This document shows, in pieces, positions 34,012 through 34,785 of a DNA stretch of 34,785 nt. The position numbers and the translations under genes are program-made. The notes below the pieces were generated by a model, which had not been told where the DNA came from, did not search any database, and was given only the letters and a program-made list of their open reading frames with translations. The first letter of the stretch is position 1. Every line of letters starts with the position of its first letter. Origin of the DNA: an uncultured Dehalococcoidales bacterium (lineage in GTDB: Bacteria > Chloroflexota > Dehalococcoidia > Dehalococcoidales > UBA5760); contig CAZYRA010000002.1 in the NCBI GenBank assembly GCA_964649385.1, positions 1 through 34,785 of the forward strand. Direction: 5' to 3'.

Positions 34012-34785
34012 ATGGGAAGACTGGATGGTAAAGTTGCTATGATAACCGGAGGTGCTGCCGGTATCGGGAAAGGACACGTTGAGCTGTTTGCTCGGGAGGG
34101 GGCAAAGGTTGTCATCACGACCAGGAAGAAGGTGGATGTAGGAACAGCGCTGGCGGAGAGTATCAAAAAAGAGGGCGGCGAGGCTACTTTTATACAGCTT
34201 GATGTATCCGAGGAGAATAGATGGAAAGAGGTGCTCAACGAGGTCATCAAGAAATACGGGAAGCTGAACATTCTCGTTAATAACGCCGGCATTTCCCTGG
34301 CGAAAACAGTAGAGAATACCTCCCTTGATGAGTGGAACTTCATAATGAATATAAACGCAACCGGGGTTTTCCTGGGCTGTAAATATGCGATTGCGGCTAT
34401 GAAGGATAACGGCGAGCCGTGCTCAATAGTAAATATCTCGTCTATTGATGCTATGGTGGGTGAGGCAGAGTTGCCTGCTTATTGTGCCTCCAAGGGAGCG
34501 GTAAGGGCGTTTACTAAGGCGATAGCGCTTTCCTGCGCTGAGGCCGGATACAATATTCGGGTCAATTCGGTACACCCCGGCTATATTCATACCGAGCTTA
34601 CCGAGAAAGAGGCCCAGGACTCAGGAATGACGCCGGCGCAGTATTTTGAAAAGGTGGGGAAGATGCACCCGCTCGGGCGTATTGGTAAACCAATTGACAT
34701 TGCTTATGCCAGCTTGTATCTTGCTTCCGACGAGTCTAATTGGGTTACCGGTTCGGAGTTTGTTGCCGACGGGGGTTACATATCA
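34012..34785 (+). CDS. Short-chain dehydrogenase/reductase (SDR), 3' end beyond the right window edge
   Basis: The frame is open to the edge, so it is absent from the ORF track. It starts MGRLDGKVAMITGGAAGIGKG (TGxxxGxG) and carries NNAG and YCASK (YxxxK). The sequence reads through to ADGGYIS at the edge. Confidence 0.9.
   Translation, partial: MGRLDGKVAMITGGAAGIGKGHVELFAREGAKVVITTRKKVDVGTALAESIKKEGGEATFIQLDVSEENRWKEVLNEVIKKYGKLNILVNNAGISLAKTVENTSLDEWNFIMNINATGVFLGCKYAIAAMKDNGEPCSIVNISSIDAMVGEAELPAYCASKGAVRAFTKAIALSCAEAGYNIRVNSVHPGYIHTELTEKEAQDSGMTPAQYFEKVGKMHPLGRIGKPIDIAYASLYLASDESNWVTGSEFVADGGYIS

Noticed and set aside
33927-34343. 138-aa minus-strand ORF from the track
   Set aside because: It lies antisense to a clearly real SDR gene (34012 onwards, with TGxxxGxG, NNAG and YxxxK motifs). 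Its product is low complexity (S/F/P-rich) with no SD. It is a shadow ORF.

Overview
This window looks like an ordinary chromosomal, mostly housekeeping segment of a roughly 50% GC bacterium. About 40 genes are densely packed. Gene content and order faintly suggest a Chloroflexota/Dehalococcoidia-type genome, but I cannot verify that without a database search.

Genes called from motifs I can read directly:
- typA (partial), a DEAD-box helicase, an RRM glycine-rich RNA-binding protein, and two paralogous double zinc-ribbon proteins
- tRNA-Ala(GGC), a lipoprotein cyclophilin, two SAM methyltransferases, and a VTT/DedA-like membrane protein
- a dnaJ-hspR-clpC heat-shock operon and a Crp/Fnr regulator next to a flavodiiron protein (FprA)
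- rpsU, lgt, an MrfA/YprA-type DUF1998 helicase, a DUF503 protein, and two tandem VOC (methylmalonyl-CoA-epimerase-like) genes
- rpsO-pnp-dapB-asd-dapA, purA, and an ino1 / PimA-like GT4 / CDP-alcohol phosphatidyltransferase cluster
- a 50-aa zinc-ribbon gene absent from the ORF track, truB-rbfA-infB-ylxR-nusA, a PfkB kinase, and a partial SDR

I found no CRISPR array, transposase, integrase, phage gene, or recognisable defence or toxin-antitoxin module. I cannot point to a clear-cut novel system.

The observations most worth following up:
1. A conserved promoter plus ~110-nt leader is shared by the two zinc-ribbon paralogs. Its mutually exclusive helices include one that buries the Shine-Dalgarno (SD)/start region. 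One paralog heads a cold-shock-type cluster (RRM, DEAD-box, TypA) and the other precedes rpsU.
2. The inositol-lipid-type three-gene cluster, whose ino1 ends in an in-frame 9-bp tandem repeat encoding a Gly-X-Y tail.
3. A terminator-like hairpin inside the nusA leader, with rimP absent.
4. A Crp/Fnr-type palindrome positioned upstream of fprA.

All product calls rest on motif recognition by eye. No BLAST, HMM or folding computation was run.
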